The notes beneath the pieces were generated by a model. The model had not been told where the DNA came from and made no database searches. It worked only from the letters and a program-made list of their open reading frames with translations. A program made the position numbers and the translations under genes. A stretch of DNA of 64,000 nucleotides, taken from assembly GCA_965221125.1 (NCBI GenBank), contig CBDCRW010000005.1, positions 384,001 through 448,000 on the forward strand, read 5' to 3'. Shown here in pieces: positions 32,126 to 42,472 of this stretch. This DNA is from Alphaproteobacteria bacterium (lineage in GTDB: Bacteria > Pseudomonadota > Alphaproteobacteria > UBA828). Within the stretch, counting starts at the first letter, position 1; each line of letters opens with the position of its first letter.

Positions 32126-32978
32126 CATCGCGTTCAGCCCGGTGCCGGCCAGGCGGTTCAACCCGTGGCCTGCGGTGATCTTCATCTCGCTCGCGGTCCT
32201 CGCGGTGCTGTTCCTGGCGCCGACCGCCGGCGTGCTGCTGTCGTCGATCAAGACCACCCGCGACATCGCTTTGGGCCAGCTGTGGACGATCCCGTCGGAG
32301 CTCTTCTGGGGCAACTACGCCGAGGTGCTCGCGAACCCCGCCGTTCACCGCTACTTCCTCAACACGCTGCTCGTCACCGCGCCCGCGACGGTGGCCTCGA
32401 TCGCGCTGGGGACGCTCGCCGGCTACGTCTTCGCTAAGCTGCCCTTCCGCGGCGGCAACCTGCTCTTCCTCGTCGTCGTCTCCGGCATGTTCTTCCCGCC
32501 GCAGGTGATCCTGATCCCGCTGTTCCGCCTCTTCAACGCGATGGATCTGATCGACACGCTGTGGCCCATCATCGTCATCCACACCGCGATGGGCATCCCC
32601 ATCTGCACGCTGCTCATGCGCAACTTCTTCGCCACCGTGCCGAGCGCGCTGCGCGAGGCGGCGATCCTGGAAGGCGCCAACGAGTGGCAGGTGCTGACCC
32701 GGGTGGCGCTGCCGCTCAGCCTGCCGGCGCTCGCGGTGCTGGCGACGCTGCAGTTCACCTGGATCTGGAACGACTTCCTCTGGCCGCTCATCTTCACCCA
32801 GTCCGACGAGAAGCGGACCATCATGCTGGGGATCGTGAACCTGCAGGGGCAGTACTCGGTGGCCTGGGGCGTGCAGGGCGCGCTGTCGCTGATCGCGAGC
32901 CTGCCGACGCTCGTGGTGTTCCTGTTCTTCCAGCGTTACTTCATCAAGGGGATGACCATGGGCGCGGTGAAGGGATAG
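32118..32978 (+). CDS. Carbohydrate ABC permease (MalG-like)
   Basis: EAAILEGA, WNDFLWP, FQRYFIKGMTMGAVKG. Confidence 0.92.
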   Translation: MADIAFSPVPARRFNPWPAVIFISLAVLAVLFLAPTAGVLLSSIKTTRDIALGQLWTIPSELFWGNYAEVLANPAVHRYFLNTLLVTAPATVASIALGTLAGYVFAKLPFRGGNLLFLVVVSGMFFPPQVILIPLFRLFNAMDLIDTLWPIIVIHTAMGIPICTLLMRNFFATVPSALREAAILEGANEWQVLTRVALPLSLPALAVLATLQFTWIWNDFLWPLIFTQSDEKRTIMLGIVNLQGQYSVAWGVQGALSLIASLPTLVVFLFFQRYFIKGMTMGAVKG

Positions 32979-32980
32979 CG

Positions 32981-34051
<1,071 letters not shown>

Positions 34052-34054
<3 letters not shown>

Positions 34055-34080
34055 AGCGCATCCGACATGCACGGAAACGC
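34052..34080 (+). repeat. Repeat family A, internally deleted remnant
   Basis: Left end TAGAGCGCATCCGACAT fused to right-end GCACGGAAACGC; begins at the ATPase stop TAG. Confidence 0.6.
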
Positions 34081-34086
34081 CTCAAA

Positions 34087-34204
34087 GCGGCATATTCCGG
34101 CATACGCCGACACAAAGTGGCACAAGGTGGCACAAGGTGGCACGAAACGAGCGGCACGAGGTGGCACAAAGTGGCACAAGGTGGCACAAGGCGGAACAAG
34201 ATGG
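34087..34204. repeat. 10-bp-period tandem array (consensus CACAAGGTGG, about 11 units)
   Basis: CACAAAGTGG CACAAGGTGG CACAAGGTGG ... CACGAGGTGG CACAAAGTGG CACAAGGTGG CACAAGGCGG AACAAGATGG. Confidence 0.88.
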
Positions 34205-34420
34205 CCCGTCCCGGCGGCGGCCGGCGCCCGCTGGACGAGCGCCCGGCCGCGAGCCGGCTCCCCGGCGCCGCTCCGGCCCGGCTTTTCCTGAAGTTCGATG
34301 GTCTGCGCGCTGCATCCGCAGAGCCTGCCCCCACCAAGCGGCCCCGTGCACCGCACCATGGTCCGGTGAATCGCCCGCGGCTGAACTGTGGCGGGCGCAG
34401 GTTGATGCCATGAAAAACAC

Positions 34421-34467
34421 CCCCTCCTCACCCCGGCCCTCTCCTCCCCGGTGGGGAGGAGAGGGAG
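34421..34467 (+). repeat. REP-like palindrome
   Basis: Leader CCTCACCCCGG, then a 13-bp perfect stem CCCTCTCCTCCCC-GGT-GGGGAGGAGAGGG. Confidence 0.75.
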
Positions 34468-34506
34468 AACAGGTCGTGCCGCCTGCGTTCCCCCTCCGCC
34501 CTAGTG

Positions 34507-35673
34507 GATTCCTCTGCGAAATCGGCTTGGCGGGATGTTGGGGGAGAATTTTGGCGTTGAGCGGTGTTGATGGAGCCGATTTTGCCGCTACCGCCGGACG
34601 CTCTCGTGTCTGAAGCAGCGGTTTGCGGGTGCGATGCGGTGTCAGCAGCCCGCAATCAGGCTGGCGCGGCGCAGGTTGTAGGCGGTGGCAACGGCGTAGA
34701 GGCGGGCGGTGTTCCTCTCGAGCGTGAGGCTCTTCGCCCGCCTCAGCCCGTAGAGGCGCTTCAGCGCCGAGAAGACCGCTTCCACCGGTGCCCGGCGCCT
34801 GGCGATCAGATCGTTGCGGCGCTTCTGCCAGGGCGGCAACGAGGCCATGTGCTTGTTCCGCCGGTGCATGATGCGGTCCTTGATGCCGCAGGCCTTGAGC
34901 CTGGCCCGTCGCGCCGCCTGCTCGTAGGCGCGGTCGCCATAGACCGCCCCCTCGTCGCCGCAGATCAGCCGGTCGGCCACCTCGCTCTCGTAGGTCTTGG
35001 CCGAGCTCAGAACCAGGCGCCGGATCAGACCCGAGCCCTGGTCCACACCCACATGCGCCTTGTAGCCGAAGACGGCGCGGCCCTTCTTGCGCGTCCAGCC
35101 CGCGCCCCTCTCCCGTGGGTGCCCGGCACCGGCACCCGCCTTGTAGGGCGGAGGCCGCGAGGCCGAGGCCACCAACGTCGCGTCCATCAGCGTGCCCTTG
35201 CGCAGGATCAGGCCGGCGGCATCCAGCTGACGGTTGATCTCCTCGAACGCCGCCTCCAGGACCGCGCCTGCGTCCGCGCGGAAGCGGCAGATCGTGGTCT
35301 CGTCCGGCGTGCCCCCATCCAGCGCAAAGCCGCAGAAGCGCCGGAACGAGAGCCGGTCCAGCAGCGCCTCCTCCAGGCCGGGGTCCGAAAGGTCGTAGAG
35401 CGCCTGAAGATAGAGAGCCTTCAGCATCGCCAGCGGCGCATAGGGCGGACGACCCCGGCGTCCCTCGCGCACACGCGACGCCAGACGCTCCAGCCGAGAC
35501 CAGTCGATCAGGGCGTCCAGACGCTCCAGCTTCCGGTTTGTCCCCAGCCCCGCAGACATGAACGCTTCCGCAAACCCCAGCTGACCCGTGCCGCTCATCG
35601 AATCGACCTCCCCATCGCTGCAGCAACGAATCACATGCCACCCAATCCGCAAACCCACTTTCGCAGAGGAATC
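34507..35673 (-). mobile_element. IS5-family insertion sequence, copy 2 (1167 bp, inverted relative to copy 1)
   Basis: Same TIRs, same length and identical translated ORFs as copy 1; flanks CTAGTG and CAAAGG do not match each other. Confidence 0.95.
34642..35598 (-). CDS. IS5-family transposase (318 aa)
   Basis: Translation identical to 1716-2672. Confidence 0.95.
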   Translation of the reverse strand: MSGTGQLGFAEAFMSAGLGTNRKLERLDALIDWSRLERLASRVREGRRGRPPYAPLAMLKALYLQALYDLSDPGLEEALLDRLSFRRFCGFALDGGTPDETTICRFRADAGAVLEAAFEEINRQLDAAGLILRKGTLMDATLVASASRPPPYKAGAGAGHPRERGAGWTRKKGRAVFGYKAHVGVDQGSGLIRRLVLSSAKTYESEVADRLICGDEGAVYGDRAYEQAARRARLKACGIKDRIMHRRNKHMASLPPWQKRRNDLIARRRAPVEAVFSALKRLYGLRRAKSLTLERNTARLYAVATAYNLRRASLIAGC

Positions 35674-35800
35674 CAAAGGGCGGAGAGGGACAGGGGGAGG
35701 TGGGAACGTTCGGACCGCAGTGATCTCGTAAGATCGGAAATCCCTCTAGCGCGCGCCTGAGCGCGGCCGGCGGGGGCGGAGCCTGCTACGATACCCGGCC

Positions 35801-36565
35801 ATGCATCAGGACGTCGTCGACCTCAACGCCTTCTACCTGACCCGGCTCGGCCGCATCACGCGCCGCATCCTCGGCCAGCAGATCCGCCGGGTGTGGCCGA
35901 GCGTGCGCGAGGAGTCGGTGCTTGGGCTCGGCTACCCGGTGCCCTTCCTCGGCCTCTTCCGCGAGGAGGCGGAGCGCGTGTTCGCGATCATGCCGGCGGG
36001 CCAGGGGGTCATGGCCTGGCCCGAGAGCGGCGGGCGGCAGGTGGCGCTCGCCGACGACGGCTCGCTGCCGCTGCCGGACGGCTGCATCGACCGCATCCTC
36101 ATCGTCCACGGGCTCGAGTTCAGCGAGCAGCGGCGTGCGATGCTGGAGGAGGTGTGGCGCGTGATGCGGCCGAACGGGCGCATCCTGGTGCTGGTGCCGA
36201 ACCGCCACGGCCTCTGGGCGCGCGCGGAAGCCACGCCCTTCGGCCACGGCTCGCCCTTCAGCGCCTCCCAGCTCGGCCGGCTCCTGCGCGAGCACCGCTT
36301 CGCCCCGGTGGCCAGCGGCGCGATGCTGTTCCTGCCGCCCACGGGCTGGCGCGGGGTGCTGCGCACGGCCGCCATCTGGCAGCGCCTCGGCCGCCATCTC
36401 GGGCGCCCCTTCGGCGGCCTCGTCTACGTGGAGGCGGGCAAGACCGTGTTCGAGGCCCGTCCGGTGACGGCGCGGCAGAGGCGCCGCGTCATCATGCCGC
36501 TGCCGCAGCCGGTGCCGGCAGGCGCGCGAACGGCGGCAGGAGGCTTGGAGCGCGACCGTCTCTGA
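35801..36565 (+). CDS. Class I SAM-dependent methyltransferase (Methyltransf_11, YafS-like)
   Basis: FY...LG, LGLGYPVP, MPAGQG..WP, LP..D..IDRIL.VHGLE, PNR.GLWAR...TPFGHG.PFS. Confidence 0.85.
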   Translation: MHQDVVDLNAFYLTRLGRITRRILGQQIRRVWPSVREESVLGLGYPVPFLGLFREEAERVFAIMPAGQGVMAWPESGGRQVALADDGSLPLPDGCIDRILIVHGLEFSEQRRAMLEEVWRVMRPNGRILVLVPNRHGLWARAEATPFGHGSPFSASQLGRLLREHRFAPVASGAMLFLPPTGWRGVLRTAAIWQRLGRHLGRPFGGLVYVEAGKTVFEARPVTARQRRRVIMPLPQPVPAGARTAAGGLERDRL

Positions 36566-36672
36566 CGGACGCGCGACAGGCCGCGAAAGCGGCCCGCCGC
36601 GAATGCGGCGCCCTCGCGGAGGCGCCGGCCGCAGGCCGGCCGCCGTGAGCGACAAAAGGCCTTACCGTTTCT
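36546..36672 (+). repeat. Repeat family A, overlapping the 3' ends of two convergent genes
   Basis: GACGGACGCGCGACAGGCCGCGAAAGCGGCCCGCCGCGAATGCGGCGC, GCCGGCC-GCA-GGCCGGC, GCCGTGAGCGACAAA. Confidence 0.85.
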
Positions 36673-37294
36673 CCGACGAGAGCAGGAACACCGCCTGCTC
36701 GCCGAAGAGGTTGGCGAAGCGGCCGGTGCCGGAAAACCGGCGCACGCGGCCGCGTGAATCGACCTGGGTGCGCCGCTCGATACGGATGCCGAGCTCGCGG
36801 CAGAGCATCACGAAGTCCTTGATCGTGCACGGCCTGATCACCGGCGTCTCGTACCAGAGATCGCCGGAACCCAAGGCCGCCGGCATCCGGCCCCGCGTCA
36901 TCAGGTGCAGCCGGTTGCGCCAGTGCCCGAAGTTGGGGATGGACACGATGGCGCTCCGGCCGATCCTCAGCAGCTCCAGCAGCACGCCCTTGGGGTCGCG
37001 GATCGCCGGCAGGGTCTGGCTGAGCACGACGTAGTCGAAGGCCGCGTCCGGGTAATCGGCGAGGTCGGTCTCCGCATCCCCCTGGATGACCGAGAGCCCG
37101 CGCCTCACCGAGGCGTTCACGCCCTCGTGGCTGATCTCGATGCCGCGTCCGTCCACGTTCTTCTCGCGCGCCAGCAGCTCCAGCAGGGCGCCGTCGCCGC
37201 AGCCGATGTCGAGCAGGCGCGACCCCGGCTCCACCAGCTCGGCGATCAGGCGATGGTCGGGGCGGGCGCCGTGCCGCCCGCGCTCGATGCTCAC
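36662..37294 (-). CDS. metW: Methionine biosynthesis protein MetW
   Basis: LDIGCGDG, GLSVIQGD, FDYVVLSQTL, PNFGHW; downstream of metX. Confidence 0.93.
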   Translation of the reverse strand: MSIERGRHGARPDHRLIAELVEPGSRLLDIGCGDGALLELLAREKNVDGRGIEISHEGVNASVRRGLSVIQGDAETDLADYPDAAFDYVVLSQTLPAIRDPKGVLLELLRIGRSAIVSIPNFGHWRNRLHLMTRGRMPAALGSGDLWYETPVIRPCTIKDFVMLCRELGIRIERRTQVDSRGRVRRFSGTGRFANLFGEQAVFLLSSEKR

Positions 37295-37312
37295 CGGCCG
37301 GAGCTCACGGCG

Positions 37313-38473
37313 TCAGAGCCCGCGCCTTTCCGCGGCGCCGCTGAGAAAACCCCGCAGGGTCTCGAACATGTCGGGCTCGTCGAGGAGGAAGGCGTCGTGC
37401 CCCTTGTCGCTCACCACCTCGACGAAGCTCACGTTGGCGGCGACGGCAGCCAGTGCGCGGACGAAGGCGCGGTTCTCCGAGGTGGGATAGAGCCAGTCGC
37501 TGGTGAACGAGATCACGCAGAAGCGGGTCTCGGCGCCGCGAAACGCATTCGCCAGCACGCCGTCGTACTCGGCCGCGAGGTCGAAGTAGTCCATCGCGCG
37601 CGTGATGTAGAGGTAGGAGTTGGCGTCGAAGCGCTCGACGAAGCTCTGACCCTGGTGGCGCAGGTAGCTCTCCACCTGGAAGTCCGCGTCGAAGCCGTAG
37701 GTGACATTGCTCCGGTCCTGCAGCGCCCGGCCGAACTTGCGGTGCAGCGCGGCCTCCGAGAGGTAGGTGATGTGCGCCGCCATGCGCGCCACCGCGAGGC
37801 CGCCCTCCGGGTTCGTGCCAAGCTCCTGATAGCGCCCCTCGCGCCATTCGGGGTCGGCCATGATCGCCTGGCGGCCGACCTCGTTGAGCGCGATGTTCTG
37901 GGCCGAGTGCTTGGCCGCGCACGCGATGGGGAGCGCCGTGAAGCAGCGCTCGGGATAGCTCGCCACCCATTGCAGCGCCTGCATGCCGCCCATGGAGCCG
38001 CCGGAGACGCAGAACAGCTGCTCGATCCCGAGGTGGTCGATCAGCATGGCCTGCGCCTTGACCATGTCGCGGATGGTGATGACGGGGAAGTCGAGGCCCC
38101 AGGGGCGCCCGGTCGCGGGGTTGGTCTCCTTCGGCCCGACGGTGCCCATGCAGCCGCCCAGCACGTTGCTGCAGATCACGAAGTAGCGGTCGGTATCGAA
38201 GGTCTTGCCCGGCCCCACCATCATCTCCCACCAGCCGGGCTTGCCGGTCACCGGGTGCGGCCCAAGCACGAACTGGTCGCCGGTGAGCGCATGGCAGAGC
38301 AGCACCGCGTTGGAGCGCGCGGCATTCAGTGTGCCGTAGGTCTGATAGGCGAGCGTGAAGGGCCCGAGAGAGACGCCGCAGTCCAGCTCGAGCGGCGTAT
38401 CCCCGCCGAGCTCGACGCTCAGGCCGGTCTGCACGTGCGCCGCCGCGGCTTGGCTCTCAGGCAATGCGGTCAT
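37313..38473 (-). CDS. metX: Homoserine O-acetyltransferase
   Basis: [40 protein letters not shown]. Confidence 0.95.
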   Translation of the reverse strand: MTALPESQAAAAHVQTGLSVELGGDTPLELDCGVSLGPFTLAYQTYGTLNAARSNAVLLCHALTGDQFVLGPHPVTGKPGWWEMMVGPGKTFDTDRYFVICSNVLGGCMGTVGPKETNPATGRPWGLDFPVITIRDMVKAQAMLIDHLGIEQLFCVSGGSMGGMQALQWVASYPERCFTALPIACAAKHSAQNIALNEVGRQAIMADPEWREGRYQELGTNPEGGLAVARMAAHITYLSEAALHRKFGRALQDRSNVTYGFDADFQVESYLRHQGQSFVERFDANSYLYITRAMDYFDLAAEYDGVLANAFRGAETRFCVISFTSDWLYPTSENRAFVRALAAVAANVSFVEVVSDKGHDAFLLDEPDMFETLRGFLSGAAERRGL

Positions 38474-38642
38474 CGCTATCAGGCTCCGCCCGGCCGCGCC
38501 CCGCCATCGGAGCGCCTGCCGGAATTGTCGCCGAAAGGGGGCCAGACAGTTGCGATTTGAACCCGAAAGTCAATGTTCTCTTTGATTTTACCACGGTCTT
38601 GGACTAGGACTCGCCACCCCCTCTAGCCGTGTCAGCACCGCC

Positions 38643-39557
38643 ATGAACAGGCCTCCGCCGGAGGATTCCCCGCTCGCCGCCCTGCGTGACGAGATCGACG
38701 GGATCGACGACGCGATTCACGATCTCATCATGCGCCGCATGGTGCTCGCCAACCGCATCAGCGAGACCAAGCGCGCCCGGGGCGCCACCGGCGCTCTGCT
38801 GCGGCCGGCGCGCGAGGCCGGCATCCTGAGGCGGCTGATGGCCCGCCACGAGGGCCCCTTCCCCTTCCCGGTGATCGTGCGGATCTGGTCCGAGATCATG
38901 TCGGCGACCCTCTTCGCCGAGGGCGGCTTCGCGGTCTCGGTGTTCACGCTGGACGATCCCGGCGAGGAGAGCCGCTTCCCCGACCTGGCTCGGGTCCACT
39001 TCGGCGCCGAGACGCCCCTGCTCAACGCCCGGACGGAGAGCGGCGTGCTGCGCGGCGTGCGCGACGGCAAGGCGTCGATCGGCGTCCTCCCCGTGCCGGC
39101 GGACGCGATGAGCGGCGATGTGGGCGTGAGCGCCGAGCCGTGGTGGCTGACGCTCGCCGTGAGCGACGAGGAGCGGCCGATGATCGTGGCCCGCCTGCCC
39201 TGGCTCGACGGTGCGAAGAGCTCCGCCGCCAAGACCAGCGCGCTGGTGGTGGCCATGACCCGGCCGGCGCCGTCGGGCGACGACGTGTCCTACGTGGCGG
39301 TCCAGTCCTCGGACACCATCAGCCGCGACCGCATCCGCTCGGCGCTCGCCGTGGCCGGCGTCGCGGTGACCGGCTCCGTCGCCTGGCACGACGAGAACGG
39401 CGCGCCGGGCCGCTGGCAGCTCATCGAGATCGACGGCTTCGTGGCCGAGGACGACGAGCGCCTGCACGACTTCGCCGCGCACTTGGGCGACGACGTCGGG
39501 CGCGTCGAGGTGCTGGGCAGCTACCCGAGGCCGCCTGCCCCCTGGAAAGACGGCTGA
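38643..39557 (+). CDS. Chorismate mutase with a C-terminal PDT-like domain
   Basis: LAALRDEIDGIDDAIHDLIMRR, RPAREA, IWSEIMS, LGSYP; upstream of hisC-tyrA. Confidence 0.85.
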   Translation: MNRPPPEDSPLAALRDEIDGIDDAIHDLIMRRMVLANRISETKRARGATGALLRPAREAGILRRLMARHEGPFPFPVIVRIWSEIMSATLFAEGGFAVSVFTLDDPGEESRFPDLARVHFGAETPLLNARTESGVLRGVRDGKASIGVLPVPADAMSGDVGVSAEPWWLTLAVSDEERPMIVARLPWLDGAKSSAAKTSALVVAMTRPAPSGDDVSYVAVQSSDTISRDRIRSALAVAGVAVTGSVAWHDENGAPGRWQLIEIDGFVAEDDERLHDFAAHLGDDVGRVEVLGSYPRPPAPWKDG

Positions 39558-39575
39558 CGGGCGGCGGGCACGACA

Positions 39576-40697
39576 ATGCCGGTCAAACCGACGCCCCGCC
39601 CCGGGATCATGGAGATCTCGCCCTATGTGGGCGGGCGGTCTGTCGCCGACGGCCACGCCAACACCATCAAGCTCTCGTCCAATGAGTCCGCGCTGGGGCC
39701 GAGCCCCAAGGCGCAGGCCGCCTACCGGGAGCTTACGGGGACGCTCCACCGCTACCCCGACGGCGGCGCCACGGACCTGCGGCGCGCGCTTGGCGCGCTC
39801 CACGGGATCGACGCGGACCGCATCGTCTGCGGCAACGGCTCGGACGAGCTGCTCCAGCTCATCGCCCACGCCTATGCCGGCCCCGGCGACGAGGTCATCT
39901 ACTCCCGCCACGGCTTCCTCGTCTATCCGCTGGCGACGCTCGCCGTCGGCGCGGCGCCCGTCGTCGCGCCGGAGAGGGACTACACGGCGGACGTCGACGC
40001 GATCCTGAGCCGCGTCACCGAGCGGACCCGCATCGTCTACCTCGCCAATCCGAACAACCCGACCGGGACCTACATTCCCAGGGGCGAGCTGCGCCGCCTC
40101 TGGGGCGGCCTGCCGGAGCACGTCGTGCTGGTGGTGGACTCGGCCTATGCGGAATACGTCACCGCCGCCGACTACGACCCCGGCCTGGAGCTTGCCGGCA
40201 TGGCGCCCAACGTGGTGATGACCCGCACCTTCTCCAAGGCTTACGGGCTCGCCGCGCTCCGGCTCGGCTGGGCCTACGCGGCGCCCGCCATCGTCGACGT
40301 GATCCACCGCATCCGGGGCCCCTTCAACGCCAACGCGGCGGCGCTCGCCGCGGCACTCGCCGCTCTCGACGATCAGGATCACATCGTCCGCTCGCGGCGG
40401 GACAACGAGGCATGCCGCGGCGCGCTCGCCGCACGGCTCGCAGCAACCGGGCTGCATGTCGTGCCCAGCGTCTGCAACTTCCTGCTGGTGCGCTTCCCGG
40501 ACGAGCCCGGCCGGGACGCGGCAGCGGCCGACCGCTATCTCAGCGAGCGCGGCGTCGTCGCCCGCCGCATGGAGCCCTACCACCTCGCCGACTGCCTCAG
40601 GCTCACGGTGGGGCTCGAGGCGGAGAACGAGGTCGTGGCGCAGGTGCTCGAAGCCTTCATGGCGGCCCCTGCGGCAGAGACGGGCGGCAGCCGGTGA
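39576..40697 (+). CDS. hisC: Histidinol-phosphate aminotransferase
   Basis: KLSSNE, GNGSDE, ANPNNPTG, DSAYAEY, RTFSKAYGLAALRLGW. Confidence 0.93.
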   Translation: MPVKPTPRPGIMEISPYVGGRSVADGHANTIKLSSNESALGPSPKAQAAYRELTGTLHRYPDGGATDLRRALGALHGIDADRIVCGNGSDELLQLIAHAYAGPGDEVIYSRHGFLVYPLATLAVGAAPVVAPERDYTADVDAILSRVTERTRIVYLANPNNPTGTYIPRGELRRLWGGLPEHVVLVVDSAYAEYVTAADYDPGLELAGMAPNVVMTRTFSKAYGLAALRLGWAYAAPAIVDVIHRIRGPFNANAAALAAALAALDDQDHIVRSRRDNEACRGALAARLAATGLHVVPSVCNFLLVRFPDEPGRDAAAADRYLSERGVVARRMEPYHLADCLRLTVGLEAENEVVAQVLEAFMAAPAAETGGSR

Positions 40698-41581
40698 GCC
40701 AACCCGAACGCTTCTCCCGCGTCGCACTGATCGGCCTCGGCCTGATCAACTCCTCGCTCGCGCGCGTGCTCCGCGAAAAGACGCCCGAGACGGAGATCGT
40801 GGGCTGCGCGCGGAGCCAGGCGACCCTCGACACGTCTGAGGCGCTCGGCTTCGTCGACCGGGCGACGCTCGACCCGGCGGAGGCCGTCGCGGGCTGCGAC
40901 CTCGTGGTGCTGGGCACGCCGGTCGGCACGTTCGCGCCCCTCGCAGCGCAGATCGGCCCGCACCTCGCCGCCGGCGCGATCCTGACCGACGTGGGCTCGG
41001 TCAAGGGCGCAGTGATTTCCGCGCTCTCCCCGCACGTGCCGGCGGGCGCCCACCTGGTCCCCGGCCACCCGGTGGCGGGTACCGAGCACTCCGGGCCGGA
41101 GGCCGGGTTCGCCGCGTTGTTCGAGGGCCGCTGGTGCATCCTGACCCCGCCGCCGGGCACGGACGCTCGGGCGGTGGAGCGCGTCGCGGCGCTCTGGCGC
41201 ATGGCCGGCATGACGGTGGAGCTGATGGACGTCGAGCACCACGACGCCGTGCTCGCCATCACCTCGCACCTGCCGCACCTGATCGCCTACAACATCGTCG
41301 GCACGGTCACCGACCTGGAGGAGGAGACCCGGCAGGAGGTGTTCAAGTACGCCGCCGCCGGCTTCCGCGACTTCACGCGCATCGCCTCGTCGGACCCGGT
41401 CATGTGGCGCGACATCTTCCTCAACAACCGGGGCGCGGTGCTGGAGATGCTGGGCCGCTTCACCGAAGACCTCTCGGCGCTGCAGCGCGCGGTCCGCCGG
41501 GGCGACGGCGACTACCTGGAAGCGCTCTTCACCCGCACCCGCGCCATCCGGCGCGGCGTGATCGAAGCCAAGCAGGTGTAG
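40694..41581 (+). CDS. tyrA: Prephenate/arogenate (cyclohexadienyl) dehydrogenase
   Basis: GTG overlapping the hisC stop; IGLGLI, TDVGSVK, GHPVAGTE, HD...AITSHLPH, GFRDFTRIA. Confidence 0.92.
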   Translation: MSQPERFSRVALIGLGLINSSLARVLREKTPETEIVGCARSQATLDTSEALGFVDRATLDPAEAVAGCDLVVLGTPVGTFAPLAAQIGPHLAAGAILTDVGSVKGAVISALSPHVPAGAHLVPGHPVAGTEHSGPEAGFAALFEGRWCILTPPPGTDARAVERVAALWRMAGMTVELMDVEHHDAVLAITSHLPHLIAYNIVGTVTDLEEETRQEVFKYAAAGFRDFTRIASSDPVMWRDIFLNNRGAVLEMLGRFTEDLSALQRAVRRGDGDYLEALFTRTRAIRRGVIEAKQV

Positions 41582-41612
41582 GGCGGCTTCGCCGGGGGTG
41601 GAAACGCTCTAG
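41579..41612. repeat. Repeat family A terminal hairpin, degenerate
   Basis: TAGGGCGGCTTCG...GGAAACGCTCTAG spans the tyrA and dapB stop codons. Confidence 0.6.
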
Positions 41613-42409
41613 GTAAGGCCCAGAACGTCCGCCATCGTGTAGAGGCCGGGCGCACGCCCTTCCGCCCAGCGCGCCGCCTGCAGCGCGCCGCGTGCGTAGG
41701 TCTGGCGGTTGGACGAGCGGACGGCCAGCTCCAGCCGCTCGCCGTCGGCCGCGAAGATCACGGTGTGCTCGCCGATCACATCGCCGCCGCGCAGGGCGGC
41801 GAAGCCGATCTCGCCGCGCGGCCGCGCGCCGGTCACGCCGTCGCGGCCACGCGCTGCCACCTCGTCGAACGGGACCCCCCTGGCGCGGGCTGCCGCCCGG
41901 CCGAGCCCCAGAGCCGTGCCGGAGGGCGCGTCGATCTTGTGCCGGTGGTGCATCTCGACGATCTCGATGTCGTAGTCGGCGTCCAGCAGGCCCGCGACCT
42001 GCTCGGTGAGCCTGAACAGCAGGTTGACGGCGAGGCTCATGTTGGGCGCCTGCACCACCGCGGTCCGCTCTGCCGCCGCATCCAGCGCGGCCTGCTCGGC
42101 CTCGCCGATGCCGGTGGTGCCGACGACGAGGATCGTGCCCTCGGCAGCCGCGAGCGCGGCGTGGCCGGCGGTGGCGGCCGGCAGCGTGAAGTCGAGCACC
42201 GCGTCCGCCGCGCGGAACATTCCTTGCGAATCGTCGCTCACCGCGACGCCGAGCGGCTCGATCCCGGCCAGCGCCCCGCAGTCCCGCCCGAGCGCGGGAT
42301 GGTCCGCAACCTCGGTCGCCGCGACCACGGTGCAGCCCTCCGTGCCCGCCACCTGGCGGGTCAGCGCCTGGCCCATGCGCCCGCCGGCGCCCGGAATGCC
42401 GATCTTCAT
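41609..42409 (-). CDS. dapB: 4-hydroxy-tetrahydrodipicolinate reductase
   Basis: GAGGRMG, DFT, GTTG, EMHHRHKIDAPSGTA, RGGDVIGEH. Confidence 0.95.
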   Translation of the reverse strand: MKIGIPGAGGRMGQALTRQVAGTEGCTVVAATEVADHPALGRDCGALAGIEPLGVAVSDDSQGMFRAADAVLDFTLPAATAGHAALAAAEGTILVVGTTGIGEAEQAALDAAAERTAVVQAPNMSLAVNLLFRLTEQVAGLLDADYDIEIVEMHHRHKIDAPSGTALGLGRAAARARGVPFDEVAARGRDGVTGARPRGEIGFAALRGGDVIGEHTVIFAADGERLELAVRSSNRQTYARGALQAARWAEGRAPGLYTMADVLGLT

Positions 42410-42472
42410 TGTGCCGTCATAGTGGCGGCGCGCCTGCGCCCGCGCAAGCGAGCGCGGTCGTATCCCGCGCCC

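Larger units (their letters stand above)
34490..35704 (-). repeat. Second REP-like palindrome (reverse orientation), split by IS copy 2
   Basis: Left arm CCCCCTCCGCCC (34490-34501); right arm GGGCGGAGAGGG (35678-35689) plus tail ACAGGGGGAGGTGGG. Confidence 0.65.

Noticed and set aside
34087-34204. Possible CRISPR array
   Set aside because: The units are 10 bp and contiguous, with no unique spacers and no cas genes.
34055-34640. Short ORFs with CATLCH/WHKVAQGGT repeats
   Set aside because: These are translations of the 10-bp array and the IS end; a period not divisible by 3 argues against coding.
38474-38642. SAM riboswitch upstream of metX
   Set aside because: I could not find SAM-II or SAM-SAH consensus elements by eye; the region looks like a divergent promoter. 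An Infernal/Rfam scan would settle it.
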